Part shown: piece by piece, positions 9,011 to 18,393 of the stretch
How the letters are laid out: every line of letters starts with the position of its first letter
Numbering within the stretch: position 1 is the first letter of the stretch
IMG/VR virus record: IMGVR_UViG_3300021067_000001
Location: 1-64,000 of that record
Strand: one strand, 5' to 3'
Length of the DNA: 64,000 nt
Source of the DNA: a virus
Notes under the pieces: generated by a model
What the model was told of the DNA's origin: nothing
Seen by the model: only the letters and a program-made list of their open reading frames with translations
The model's database searches: none
Translations under genes and position numbers: made by a program

Positions 9011-9870
9011 GCAGTCCTCTGGCAACAGCTCTGCCTTATGGCATTCGAGACTGCAAGCTTACTCCATACGCTGATGAAGGCGGAACTGTTCTTGGGGACG
9101 TTTCTTATGACCTCCCGAACATGCAAACTTTCGCTTTCTCTGAGACGGAGGAATTCCAAGAGCTTCGAGGAGATGACCGCACAGTAACCACGCGCGGGCG
9201 AGGCTCGCAGGTTGAGTGGTCTTTGGAAGCCGGTGGATATGATATCGTCATTTGGTCGATTTTGACCGGTGGCGTAGTTATTGAAGAAGGCTTGACGCCG
9301 AACCGACGCGTTATCATGCGAAAGTTTAGCACGGCTTCTCGCAAATTCTTTCGGATGGAAGGGCAGGCATATTCAGACAGCGGCGGCGATGTGCATAGCA
9401 TCGTTTATCGTTGTCGTGCGAATGACACGGTCGAGGGCACATTCTCTGATGGTGAATTCTTCGTGACTTCTGCAAGCGGTGTTGGCCTTCCGCTTTTGGA
9501 TGCCAATTTCGATTTGCTTTATGATCACATCCAGAATGAGACTGCTGTTGCAATTCCGACTTCGCCGGTGCCGAATCCTTCGCTGATTGCTGCCCCCGTT
9601 GTCACCAAGGGGGCAACTACGGTGGATTCCCAGGTTCTCAACTGGGTGGATGTTTCAGATGCAACTGGATATCAAGTTTACGAGCGAGTTGAGGCTGGCG
9701 CTTGGTCTCCGGTAACTTCTGGAAGAGGTGGACAGCCTGGAGATGTGACCACTACCACGATTACCGGGTTGACTGCGAGCACTGATTATGAGTGGCGGAT
9801 GGTTTCCAAGAAGACTGGGTCCATTTCCTCCTACTCAAACACTGTAACAGCCACTACTCCAGCTTCCTGA
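9007..9870 (+). CDS. major tail protein with C-terminal FN3/Ig-like domain
   Basis: Lies upstream of the chaperone pair. C-terminal LNWVDVSDATGYQVYERVEAGAWSPV...ITGLTASTDYEWRMVS is a fibronectin type III pattern. Confidence 0.7.
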   Translation: MSSPLATALPYGIRDCKLTPYADEGGTVLGDVSYDLPNMQTFAFSETEEFQELRGDDRTVTTRGRGSQVEWSLEAGGYDIVIWSILTGGVVIEEGLTPNRRVIMRKFSTASRKFFRMEGQAYSDSGGDVHSIVYRCRANDTVEGTFSDGEFFVTSASGVGLPLLDANFDLLYDHIQNETAVAIPTSPVPNPSLIAAPVVTKGATTVDSQVLNWVDVSDATGYQVYERVEAGAWSPVTSGRGGQPGDVTTTTITGLTASTDYEWRMVSKKTGSISSYSNTVTATTPAS

Positions 9871-9899
9871 TTTAGGAATACGGCAAAAGGAGCACCAGG

Positions 9900-10511
9900 A
9901 TGCCTGCCGATTACAATATTTCTGCATGGACCCCGAAGAATGCCACTCGGGAGTTCACCACTTCTTCTGGCGCAAAATGTTTGCTCCGAGAGCTTGATAT
10001 GGAAGACCTCGTTGAGCTTGACATTGTAGACCAAATTGACTCCCTCACCGCCTTGGTGCAGACAGAGCATATCGAGCGCGTTTCAGGTAAGAAGTCCAAG
10101 CGTGAACGCGAGCGTGCTGCCATCGCTTCTGCAGAAGCTGAGCGCAAGTCGATGCTCGGATTGATGCGGGACAAGAATCGATTCAGACAAATCACTGAAT
10201 TGCTTGACAAGGTCGTCATGCGCTGCGTGATTTCCCCTGCTTTGCTCGACCCATACATTGTTGATCCGAATAACGTCAGCGCAGAAAATCCAACTGGGCG
10301 ACGGAAGCTTTTGCCTGAAGAGCGCGATGCTCGGGGGCACTATGTTGATCTTGTTCCCATGCGAGACAAGATGGGGATCTTTGGGGAGGTGTTCCAGAGC
10401 ATGGAGGGTCTGGAAAAATTTCGTGAAGAGTCCGAGGAAGATTTGGGAGATTTGGCAGACAAGCCAGAGTCTCCGGAAGACGCCAGCGGATCTGTTGGGT
10501 CTGCAGAATAA
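9900..10511 (+). CDS. tail assembly chaperone (G-like)
   Basis: AAAGGAG RBS; acidic, 203 aa. Immediately upstream of the tape measure gene, with an overlapping downstream ORF. Confidence 0.65.
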   Translation: MPADYNISAWTPKNATREFTTSSGAKCLLRELDMEDLVELDIVDQIDSLTALVQTEHIERVSGKKSKRERERAAIASAEAERKSMLGLMRDKNRFRQITELLDKVVMRCVISPALLDPYIVDPNNVSAENPTGRRKLLPEERDARGHYVDLVPMRDKMGIFGEVFQSMEGLEKFREESEEDLGDLADKPESPEDASGSVGSAE

Positions 10512-10701
10512 AATTCACGCTTATTGCTTCAACAGGGCCATTTGGCTATTTGGCTCAACCTTGGAGCGGCAACTTGAAGAGGTTGCCAACAAGGCTAAAA
10601 AGCCTGGCAGCGCCAAGGCAAAGCAAAGCTTGATTCTAACGCAGTGGCTTTGGGAACCTGGCGCAAAGGGGATGTTTAAAGATCCAGCTGCTTCTCTGTA
10701 G
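10258..10701 (+). CDS. overlapping ORF in the +1 frame of the chaperone (putative G-T frameshift extension)
   Basis: Open frame overlaps the 3' 250 nt of 9900..10511 and runs to 5 nt before the tape measure start. No plausible independent start or RBS after 10511. Confidence 0.45.
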   Translation: MLIRITSAQKIQLGDGSFCLKSAMLGGTMLILFPCETRWGSLGRCSRAWRVWKNFVKSPRKIWEIWQTSQSLRKTPADLLGLQNKIHAYCFNRAIWLFGSTLERQLEEVANKAKKPGSAKAKQSLILTQWLWEPGAKGMFKDPAASL

Positions 10702-10706
10702 ATGGG

Positions 10707-13700
10707 GTGAGTCCGATCACGGATTATGACCTTGGACGGGCCAGGGGCCACATCGTCATTGATTATGATGACAGAGGTACGCAGCAGGCGCAAGAAAGTT
10801 TTAGCGAGCTGGAGCAGCTCGTCGATGATCTTATTGGAATGTTTCACAAGCTAGCGTCTGCAGCAAGAAGCTTTGCTACAGATTTTGGAGACAATGCAAA
10901 AAGAATTGTTTCCTTCACGGGTTTACTCGCCGGTGGAGCGGCTATTCTGCTTGGGTTTAGCCGCTCTATTGGTTTCTTGACGCGAAGTTCATTGCAGCTC
11001 CGTGGCGTCATGGGAATTTTTGGATCCCTGGGACTATTGCTGGGAGGACTTCCCAGGAGTGTTCAGGGATTCCCAAGAATCATCAAGCAAATTATTACTT
11101 TGTCTGCAGCTATTACTCTTTTCACAAATCTTACACCGTTGATTAGCAGAGTAATAGTGCAAATCGGGCGACTCATCGGAAGCACTGCAATCATAAGGCG
11201 TTTTGCTGCAGCGTTTCCATTCTTGGCAAATGGGATGAAGGCTGTTGCAGGATTCATTCCCAGCCTTACCACTATTGGCAAAACAATCAATGGCTGGAGT
11301 AGGCCCATACATGTTATTGCAAACATGGCCCTGTCTCTTGGCGCATTAATTGCATTTTTCAGAACTGGCACCAAAGCGGCTCTGGCATTGACTCGGGGAA
11401 TTCTCAAGCTGGGTGCTGGAGCCGCTGTAATCCAGGGTCTGATCTTATTGGTGGCAGGACTGGGCGATGCAGTAACTCAGCTTTCGGGATTGCTTGGGTT
11501 GATTCCCGGCGCGCTTTCGGTTATTGGCGTATCAGCAGCAGCCGTGACAATTGGTCTTCAGGGATTTTCTGATGCTCTGAAGAATATGGGTGACGACGCA
11601 AAATTTGAAGAGGCATTAAAGAACCTTGCACCGAATGCGCAGGCTGCCGCGCGGGAGATTCGAGGGCTGCGCGACAACTGGGATAGACTCCGACGAGCTG
11701 TGCAGGATAGACTCTTTGCCGGATCTGCAGAAGAGATTCGTGATCTTGCTAGAATTTGGATGCCTCTGCTGCAGACTAGGCTTGGCAATGTCGCTTCTCT
11801 GCTTAATGGGATGGCAAAAGAGGTTTCCAACTTCTTTAAGCAGGTTTCGACAATTCAAGACGTGAATTTGATTTTCGATGCAATTGAGCAGACGTTAACA
11901 AATTTGCGACCTTTGGTTCAGCCCATTCTTTCCATTCTTATGGATATCTTTGTGGTATCCGCGCAAGTGTTTGCAGAATTCTCCGGCCAGCTAAATTCGG
12001 CAACTATTGGATTTGCAAAATTCATCCATGAAGCTCGCGAATCAGGGGCTTTGGCAGACTGGATTCGCAATGGTGTCGCTGGTTTAAAAAGCTTGATTGA
12101 AATTATTTGGAGCATCGGACAAATCTTCAATATTGTCTTTGATGCTTTTGATAGCAACTCTGATGGCTTCCTTGCATCTGTGGAGGCCATGACACAGCAA
12201 ATCAAGATTTTCTTGATGTCTGCAGAGGGACAGGAAATTCTGCAGACTTTTGTGGATCTACTACAAACTCTAAGCAGCGTCACTCAGGCTGTCCTCGGCG
12301 CCGGGATCTCTGAGCTTGGCCCAATTATCAAAGCGTTGCTGCCATTCTTGAAAGAGATGGCGACTACAATCAGCGCTGTTTTGGTTGTTGCGATTAAAAT
12401 TCTGGGGCCAATTTTAGAGGCAGTGGCAAGCACGCTTTCTGCGATGGCACCAGTTTTGGGACCTTTGGTTGGATTCTTTTTGGCATGGTCGATTACTATG
12501 TCGGCTCTGTCAGCTGGCATTGGACTTTTAGTAACTGTACTTGGGACTCTGATTACAGCTATAGGATCTGTAATCAAAGTTATTCGAGTTTTGTTTTTCT
12601 TAGTCAGTACATTCCCCTTGACAGCCATCGTAATTGCTATTGCAGCATTGGCCTGGATTATTGTTGAGAATTGGGACAAAATCGCTCCAGCTCTCAAAGC
12701 TACTTGGGAATGGATTAAGAGCGTTGCAGAAACGGTATGGGGTGCTATTTCAGATTTCTTTGTTAGAACTTGGAATAGCATTGCTAGTTTCTTTACGCGC
12801 ATTTGGAATGATATTGTTTCGGATGCAAAGGCCATTTGGGACGGAGTTTCAAATTTCTTTGTTGAAATCTGGGAGGACATTGAACGCACAACTAAGGCTA
12901 TTTGGAATTCAATTTCTGGTTTCCTAGAGGATAGCTGGAATTGGCTGGTTGAGACTTTCCGATTCATCTGGGAGCCTCTTGTCGATATTGCTAAATCTAT
13001 TGCCCAAATTATTTATGATGTTCTTACGATTATTTTTGGTGGCCTGGCAATTGTTCTTATTGCCATATGGAATGGAATTGTCGCAGGAGTAACTGCAGCC
13101 TGGAACTGGATTCTCGGGCATCTCAAGAGAATCTGGGGCGAGATTTTGATGACATTCCATGCATTCTGGGACCCGATTTCTGGATTCTTCCAGATGATTT
13201 GGGATGCTGTTGTTGCGGGGGTGACTACGGCTTGGAATTGGATTCTGGCAGAGTTAACCAGAATCTGGGGTGAAATTGTTGTTACATTCCATGCAATTTG
13301 GGACCCAATTGCAGGAGCATTCCAGGCGGTATGGGATGCGATTTCTACTGGTGTAAGCAACACATGGAATGCAATTGTAAACTTTATCAAGACCACGTGG
13401 ACTGGTGTAACTAATTGGTGGCGTGAGAATATTCAGCCCTGGGTAACTGCTATCAGCGATGTTTGGAATAGAATCAATGATGCGGTAAAGCGGGGCGTCA
13501 ACAATGTAGTTGACTGGGTTAGAGGTTTGCCGGGTAGAATTTGGGATTTGGTGAAGGATGCTGGTCGCTGGCTCTGGAATGCTGGTAAAGCAGTGATTAC
13601 GGGATTCCTGAATGGACTTAAGGATGCTTTCCGCGCCGTCCGTGACTGGGTGGGTGGAGTGGCGGATTGGGTTCGGAATAACAAGGGCCCGCTGGAGAAG

Positions 13701-14138
13701 GACCGGAGGCTGCTTATCCCAGCGGGTGAAGCAATTATGCTGGGTCTCTTGCAAGGTCTGCAGTCTAAGCAAAGCATTATTGAATCATTTCTTGGCGGGT
13801 TGACCACAGATATTCAGAATGGTCTTGGTAGCGCGAATGTGGCGCTTAGCAATTCCGCTAATAGCTTGGCGGCTTCCGCTACGCTTGGCATCGTTAGTTC
13901 CTTCCCGTCGAACGCGGAAGCCCTGGCAAGCTCTGTCACGCCTTTACAGGGGCCAGCAAACGGTATCTCCCGCGCGGCGGAGGTCGGAGCCCCGGCGACC
14001 GCGTCGATCACAATCGGAACTCTAGAGCTTCACATTGCCGGAAACCTTGATCCAACCAATCCAGCGGCTTGGAACGAAGCAATTAAAAATATCAAGGAAG
14101 GTATTCGCAGAGTCGAGCGAGGATATCCAAATGGCTAG
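10707..14138 (+). CDS. tape measure protein
   Basis: 1143 aa. Hydrophobic/Gly-Ala-rich N-half and periodic Trp repeats (...IWNxI...W...) in the C-half. Canonical position after the chaperone pair. GTG start. Confidence 0.9.
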   Translation: MSPITDYDLGRARGHIVIDYDDRGTQQAQESFSELEQLVDDLIGMFHKLASAARSFATDFGDNAKRIVSFTGLLAGGAAILLGFSRSIGFLTRSSLQLRGVMGIFGSLGLLLGGLPRSVQGFPRIIKQIITLSAAITLFTNLTPLISRVIVQIGRLIGSTAIIRRFAAAFPFLANGMKAVAGFIPSLTTIGKTINGWSRPIHVIANMALSLGALIAFFRTGTKAALALTRGILKLGAGAAVIQGLILLVAGLGDAVTQLSGLLGLIPGALSVIGVSAAAVTIGLQGFSDALKNMGDDAKFEEALKNLAPNAQAAAREIRGLRDNWDRLRRAVQDRLFAGSAEEIRDLARIWMPLLQTRLGNVASLLNGMAKEVSNFFKQVSTIQDVNLIFDAIEQTLTNLRPLVQPILSILMDIFVVSAQVFAEFSGQLNSATIGFAKFIHEARESGALADWIRNGVAGLKSLIEIIWSIGQIFNIVFDAFDSNSDGFLASVEAMTQQIKIFLMSAEGQEILQTFVDLLQTLSSVTQAVLGAGISELGPIIKALLPFLKEMATTISAVLVVAIKILGPILEAVASTLSAMAPVLGPLVGFFLAWSITMSALSAGIGLLVTVLGTLITAIGSVIKVIRVLFFLVSTFPLTAIVIAIAALAWIIVENWDKIAPALKATWEWIKSVAETVWGAISDFFVRTWNSIASFFTRIWNDIVSDAKAIWDGVSNFFVEIWEDIERTTKAIWNSISGFLEDSWNWLVETFRFIWEPLVDIAKSIAQIIYDVLTIIFGGLAIVLIAIWNGIVAGVTAAWNWILGHLKRIWGEILMTFHAFWDPISGFFQMIWDAVVAGVTTAWNWILAELTRIWGEIVVTFHAIWDPIAGAFQAVWDAISTGVSNTWNAIVNFIKTTWTGVTNWWRENIQPWVTAISDVWNRINDAVKRGVNNVVDWVRGLPGRIWDLVKDAGRWLWNAGKAVITGFLNGLKDAFRAVRDWVGGVADWVRNNKGPLEKDRRLLIPAGEAIMLGLLQGLQSKQSIIESFLGGLTTDIQNGLGSANVALSNSANSLAASATLGIVSSFPSNAEALASSVTPLQGPANGISRAAEVGAPATASITIGTLELHIAGNLDPTNPAAWNEAIKNIKEGIRRVERGYPNG
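13080..13343 (+). repeat. 132-bp in-frame tandem duplication inside the tape measure gene
   Basis: VAGVTAAWNWILGHLKRIWGEILMTFHAFWDPISGFFQMIWDAV is followed directly by VAGVTTAWNWILAELTRIWGEIVVTFHAIWDPIAGAFQAVWDAI (44 aa each). Confidence 0.9.
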
Positions 14139-15333
14139 TTCTACAGTTCGTGTGGGACGAATGATTCTGCGAGAAGATGACTTTGTTTCTGAGTCAATTG
14201 ATGCCGCAGGCAATCGAACCCTTGGATTCTCTGGACAAGAATCCATTCCTCGGCTAACTGCCATTCAAGTTGAACGCCAGCGCGAAGATTTGTTTGGCAT
14301 GAATGGTAAGTTTGTGCAAGTCGTATTCGATACCAAAACTTATTTGGATGGATTCTATCGCGTAACAGCTGCCAATGGATCCATTGAGGACTGGAATCAT
14401 GGGATGAAGGTTTTCCCCTGGTCTTTGACTTTGGATCGAATCGGCACAGAATCTGAAATTGACATTGAATCGCGGTTGAGCGGATCTGTTACGCGCCAAA
14501 ACAATTTTGCTGTTACGGGCGAACGCGTACATGCACCTGCGATCGGACATATCGCTTACTGGTCAGATGCAACGGTTAGCGGGGCTGTAAGTCGTGTTTC
14601 AGTTGATGGTGCAATAACTGTTTATAGAGGTATTGGCTCCACAATTTCGCCCCGATGGATGGTATCTCCAGCAAACTATCTGAAGGGGCGCGTTCGTTTC
14701 CTTGATGACGAAGGGCTTGAGAGATCCGGGACATATGTAAATTGCTCGGCCTCTGATTGGGAATTGAACAATGGATTAATCCGGGTGCGTCCATTGGCTG
14801 TTGGGGGAGCAATAGAAATTGCATCGTGGTCGGGCAGCGCCTGGCAGGGCAAGAATTGGGACCTCCGCGCGGGGATCGGGAGTCTTGCTCCATTCGACCA
14901 GTGCAGCTTGATTCAAAATGAATTTGAAGAAGTTACGATTAGATTGATGAAGTCTCTTTTGATCGGCAGGGTTTATGTAGATATCAAGTTACGACGCGGT
15001 TACAGATTTGCAGATGTTTATATTCAGAGCGAATTGGGAAGCACCCTCAAGATTGTCCGAGGAGTTGCAGAGGCAGGATCTTCTGCAACTGCTGGAATGG
15101 TAGTAGCTTCTGAAAATGATGCAGATGGGAATAAGTACGTAGTGGGATCTGCAAAAACATTCTCTGCAGATATAGTTAACGGCGGAATTGAGAAGGTATC
15201 AACGGCTACACTAGATGCATTTATCGGTGTAGTAGTTGGCGGGACTTCAGCTGTTTCGGGCGACGCTGCCGTTGATTTGCAAAAGCAATATATTGGGGCA
15301 CCTTCAGAGTTGGTGCAGGGAGTGCGGAGATAA
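14131..15333 (+). CDS. distal tail protein (by position)
   Basis: ATGGCTAG start overlaps the tape measure stop; 400 aa. First gene after the tape measure. Confidence 0.6.
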   Translation: MASSTVRVGRMILREDDFVSESIDAAGNRTLGFSGQESIPRLTAIQVERQREDLFGMNGKFVQVVFDTKTYLDGFYRVTAANGSIEDWNHGMKVFPWSLTLDRIGTESEIDIESRLSGSVTRQNNFAVTGERVHAPAIGHIAYWSDATVSGAVSRVSVDGAITVYRGIGSTISPRWMVSPANYLKGRVRFLDDEGLERSGTYVNCSASDWELNNGLIRVRPLAVGGAIEIASWSGSAWQGKNWDLRAGIGSLAPFDQCSLIQNEFEEVTIRLMKSLLIGRVYVDIKLRRGYRFADVYIQSELGSTLKIVRGVAEAGSSATAGMVVASENDADGNKYVVGSAKTFSADIVNGGIEKVSTATLDAFIGVVVGGTSAVSGDAAVDLQKQYIGAPSELVQGVRR

Positions 15334-18155
15334 TGGCTGTAACAGAGATTTTGCGAGGATTGGGGCAATGGTCTGTACAAATTGATATAAGCAGAATGGA
15401 TGAGCAAAGCTGGAGAAGAGTTGCTGATTCGTATTTTGGACACATCTGCATCCACGTAGGACGTCCAGATGTTAGAGTATCTGGCGATTCTTTATTGCGC
15501 AGCTCGCGTTATACCGGCGTGTATATTGGAACGGGCGATGCGGGGGATGTTGGTGCACTTGACGGTTTTGGCATGGCTTATTGGCTAGGTGACGCTGAGA
15601 ATAAGGGCGATATTCGCGAAACCTTGCTGACTTTTCCAGCGGCCACTCCCTTTGATGATGTTATTAGGGCATTGCTTCCTGCTTCAGGATCAGTTGTTGA
15701 AGGTACCATCCATGACATTCCTGAAACTTGGGAAGGTACACATCAATATCAAACGCCGCTGCAAGATATTGATTATGTATGCCAGACCAAAGGTGCTGCT
15801 TGGCGAGTAAATGGAGATGCCACTTTAGATGCGGGATATGAATCCCATCTATTTGCGGTCAATCCAAAGACCGTTGTTATGCGAAAGTTGCAGAATGGTT
15901 TCGATGAAGTTACTGCATATGATATGTTTATGCGGGGCTTGAACGGTACTTCGCAAACTTCAAGAGATACAGAAGATTTTACCACGCGCGTGGTACTTTT
16001 GGCGCAAAATGCTGAGGGTACCACTTCAACTGCAACAGCAGATATTCTGCCGGGTCTGAATCCATACAAGGATATGCATGGCAATTCGGTGAAGATTACT
16101 CGAATTGTGCAGGAATCAGACACTGATCCGACGAATGCCGAAGCTCGGGCACAGCTACAGCTAAATCGTTTTACCGGCACCCGCGATGCATTAACGCTGA
16201 GTACCGCTAATTATGATGTAAAGGGGCATCTCAGCGTAGGCGATTACATTTGGGTTTGCGATCCATTGATGGATCTTGTGGATCCAAGTAATGAAGTGAT
16301 GTTTCGTGGCAAGCTCATCAATCCCTTGAAACTACAACTTACTGAAACTACTTGGCCAATTGTTCAGGGTCATGCAGTGCTTTTCAGGACTTATGATGGT
16401 GAATGGATTGATTTAACTGACTTTGTAATTTGGGAGGGTGGGGAAACTAGTCTCGTTGTGGGAGGCTATAACAGATCTCTCACATCCGGTGGCGTTGGTG
16501 TATTTCCCGTTACTCCTCCTGAAGTTGACACTACGATTCCCGGTGAAGTTGAATGGGATTTGCCTTGGGTTCAATCTCAATATCAATCGCCAATTACTGG
16601 CGAGTCACGAGCTGAAGTTGAGTTGAAATGGCAGCAACCGCTTAATACCGATGGCAGTAGTATTACTGATGGACTGTATTACGAGATTCGTTATCGGCAA
16701 TCTGCTATTCCATTGGCTGAATTTACTGTTGCTGAGCTGGAAAATTATCAGCTCGATGAACTAAATACAGTGGAAAATCCGATTGCTCTGGATATTGCAG
16801 AGGAATGGCAGTATACCCGCGCGCCCTTTGAGGTGCTAAAATTTCGCTTGCAAGAGCTTACTCCGGGCATGACTTACGAGGCGCAAATTCGAGCTGTTGA
16901 TACCGCACGTCCACCGAATCTTGGCGCCTGGTCCGATGAAATTCAATGGCAGGCAAGTCGTGACATATTTCCCCCATTTACGCCAGCGGCACCGTTTATC
17001 GCCGCTGGACCTTTGGCAGTATTGTTTCGACACAACCTGGGGCGGGCCGACGGGGGCGAGTTCAATCTTGACCGGGATTTAGGCCACTTGGAATTGCATG
17101 GATCTTTGGATCCATTATTCATTCCGTCGAATGAAACGTTGATTGGGAAGGCTCCTGCGGATTGGGGCATGATTACCGGTGAGGTGCCGGTAGTAGCAAG
17201 CTTTCAGGTCACACAAGTTCTGCCAATGTATTACAAAATTGTCGCTGTGGATAAAAGCGGTAACAAATCTTTGCCAAGTGCAGGAGTTGTGGCAACTGCT
17301 GAGTTAATTGGAAATCAATACATCCAGAGTCTTACGGTAGACAAAGTTACGGCTGGAACTATTCAAGCCGATTGGTTGATTGGTTCGTATATCCGAACGG
17401 CCCGAACTGGCGCACGGGTTGAGCTGAGCTACGAAGGCATTCATGGTTATAACCATCTCAATCAACGTTTGTTAGATTGGCAGAGCAGTGATGGTTCTTT
17501 GAATGTCATTGGCGATGGTGGAATTAAGGTTCGTGGTGGCGGAAATGTAGAAATCACCGATGGAGCGTTGATTGTTTACAATGCTAATGGAAACAAGATT
17601 GTTGAACTTGGCGAGTGTGCCGATGGTCGCCACGGTTTGCAGGTCTACAAGGATAACGGTACCCGGACCACCCGTGTCGGAGAGCTTCAGTCAGGTAGTG
17701 AAGGCATTGAGACCATTAGCGATCTGGGTGCATTAGTACGTATCGATACTCTTGCGTTCGGCACCAAAGCGGCCAGCGTTGTCACCAAGCAAGGGCGAAT
17801 CGGTGGCTGGGGGGATCTAGCTACGGTGGGTCCGTTGCTGAACGTAGACATTGGAAATAGTGGACGCTGCATTGTCATTGTTTCCGCTGGAATTGAGTAC
17901 AACACCCTGGGTGGTGGAAACGCAGCAGTTGGATTCGATATGGCCGGGACCGGAGGATACTTTCGCGGAGCCAATGTGTTCGAAAGTATTTGGATGGCTT
18001 TACAGGCAGACAACTCCGTTAGCACCCTTTCTGTTACGAAGGCCATTTATGTATCCGGAATTACGCCTGGAAATCTCACAATTGCTATGAAATATTGGAC
18101 TGGTGGACAATCCCATAACTTTTTCGACCGCCATCTCATTGCTATTCCATTCTAG
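15333..18155 (+). CDS. large minor tail protein (Tal-like, with FN3-like segment)
   Basis: TAATG coupling; 940 aa. Second gene after the tape measure. The segment AEVELKWQQPLNTDGSSITDGLYYEIRYRQ looks FN3-like. Confidence 0.65.
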   Translation: MAVTEILRGLGQWSVQIDISRMDEQSWRRVADSYFGHICIHVGRPDVRVSGDSLLRSSRYTGVYIGTGDAGDVGALDGFGMAYWLGDAENKGDIRETLLTFPAATPFDDVIRALLPASGSVVEGTIHDIPETWEGTHQYQTPLQDIDYVCQTKGAAWRVNGDATLDAGYESHLFAVNPKTVVMRKLQNGFDEVTAYDMFMRGLNGTSQTSRDTEDFTTRVVLLAQNAEGTTSTATADILPGLNPYKDMHGNSVKITRIVQESDTDPTNAEARAQLQLNRFTGTRDALTLSTANYDVKGHLSVGDYIWVCDPLMDLVDPSNEVMFRGKLINPLKLQLTETTWPIVQGHAVLFRTYDGEWIDLTDFVIWEGGETSLVVGGYNRSLTSGGVGVFPVTPPEVDTTIPGEVEWDLPWVQSQYQSPITGESRAEVELKWQQPLNTDGSSITDGLYYEIRYRQSAIPLAEFTVAELENYQLDELNTVENPIALDIAEEWQYTRAPFEVLKFRLQELTPGMTYEAQIRAVDTARPPNLGAWSDEIQWQASRDIFPPFTPAAPFIAAGPLAVLFRHNLGRADGGEFNLDRDLGHLELHGSLDPLFIPSNETLIGKAPADWGMITGEVPVVASFQVTQVLPMYYKIVAVDKSGNKSLPSAGVVATAELIGNQYIQSLTVDKVTAGTIQADWLIGSYIRTARTGARVELSYEGIHGYNHLNQRLLDWQSSDGSLNVIGDGGIKVRGGGNVEITDGALIVYNANGNKIVELGECADGRHGLQVYKDNGTRTTRVGELQSGSEGIETISDLGALVRIDTLAFGTKAASVVTKQGRIGGWGDLATVGPLLNVDIGNSGRCIVIVSAGIEYNTLGGGNAAVGFDMAGTGGYFRGANVFESIWMALQADNSVSTLSVTKAIYVSGITPGNLTIAMKYWTGGQSHNFFDRHLIAIPF

Positions 18156-18165
18156 GGAGATTGCG

Positions 18166-18393
18166 ATGTATGAGGAAACGGGCGACGAAAGTCGAGTGAC
18201 TTTTGAGCGAGATGGCGATGTATTTACTGTGCATATGGATGATGAATCCTTGGCCAATTTGATGAATGATTCTTCCTGTAAAGTATTGGAAATTGAATTT
18301 GGATTTAAGCGCGAACCAACTACAGCTGAAATGTTTCAGCAAGTTGGGTCCGATGAAAATCCTGTTAAAGCAAATGAAGACGAGGTGAAATGA
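18166..18393 (+). CDS. small acidic tail-module protein
   Basis: ATG 18166 with AGGGAGA RBS (the ORF opens at 18103); 75 aa. Confidence 0.45.
   Translation: MYEETGDESRVTFERDGDVFTVHMDDESLANLMNDSSCKVLEIEFGFKREPTTAEMFQQVGSDENPVKANEDEVK

Noticed and set aside
12284-13772. Several minus-strand and alternative-frame ORFs (up to 227 aa) inside the tape measure gene.
   Set aside because: They are shadow ORFs within a continuous 1143-codon gene that has clear tape-measure features.
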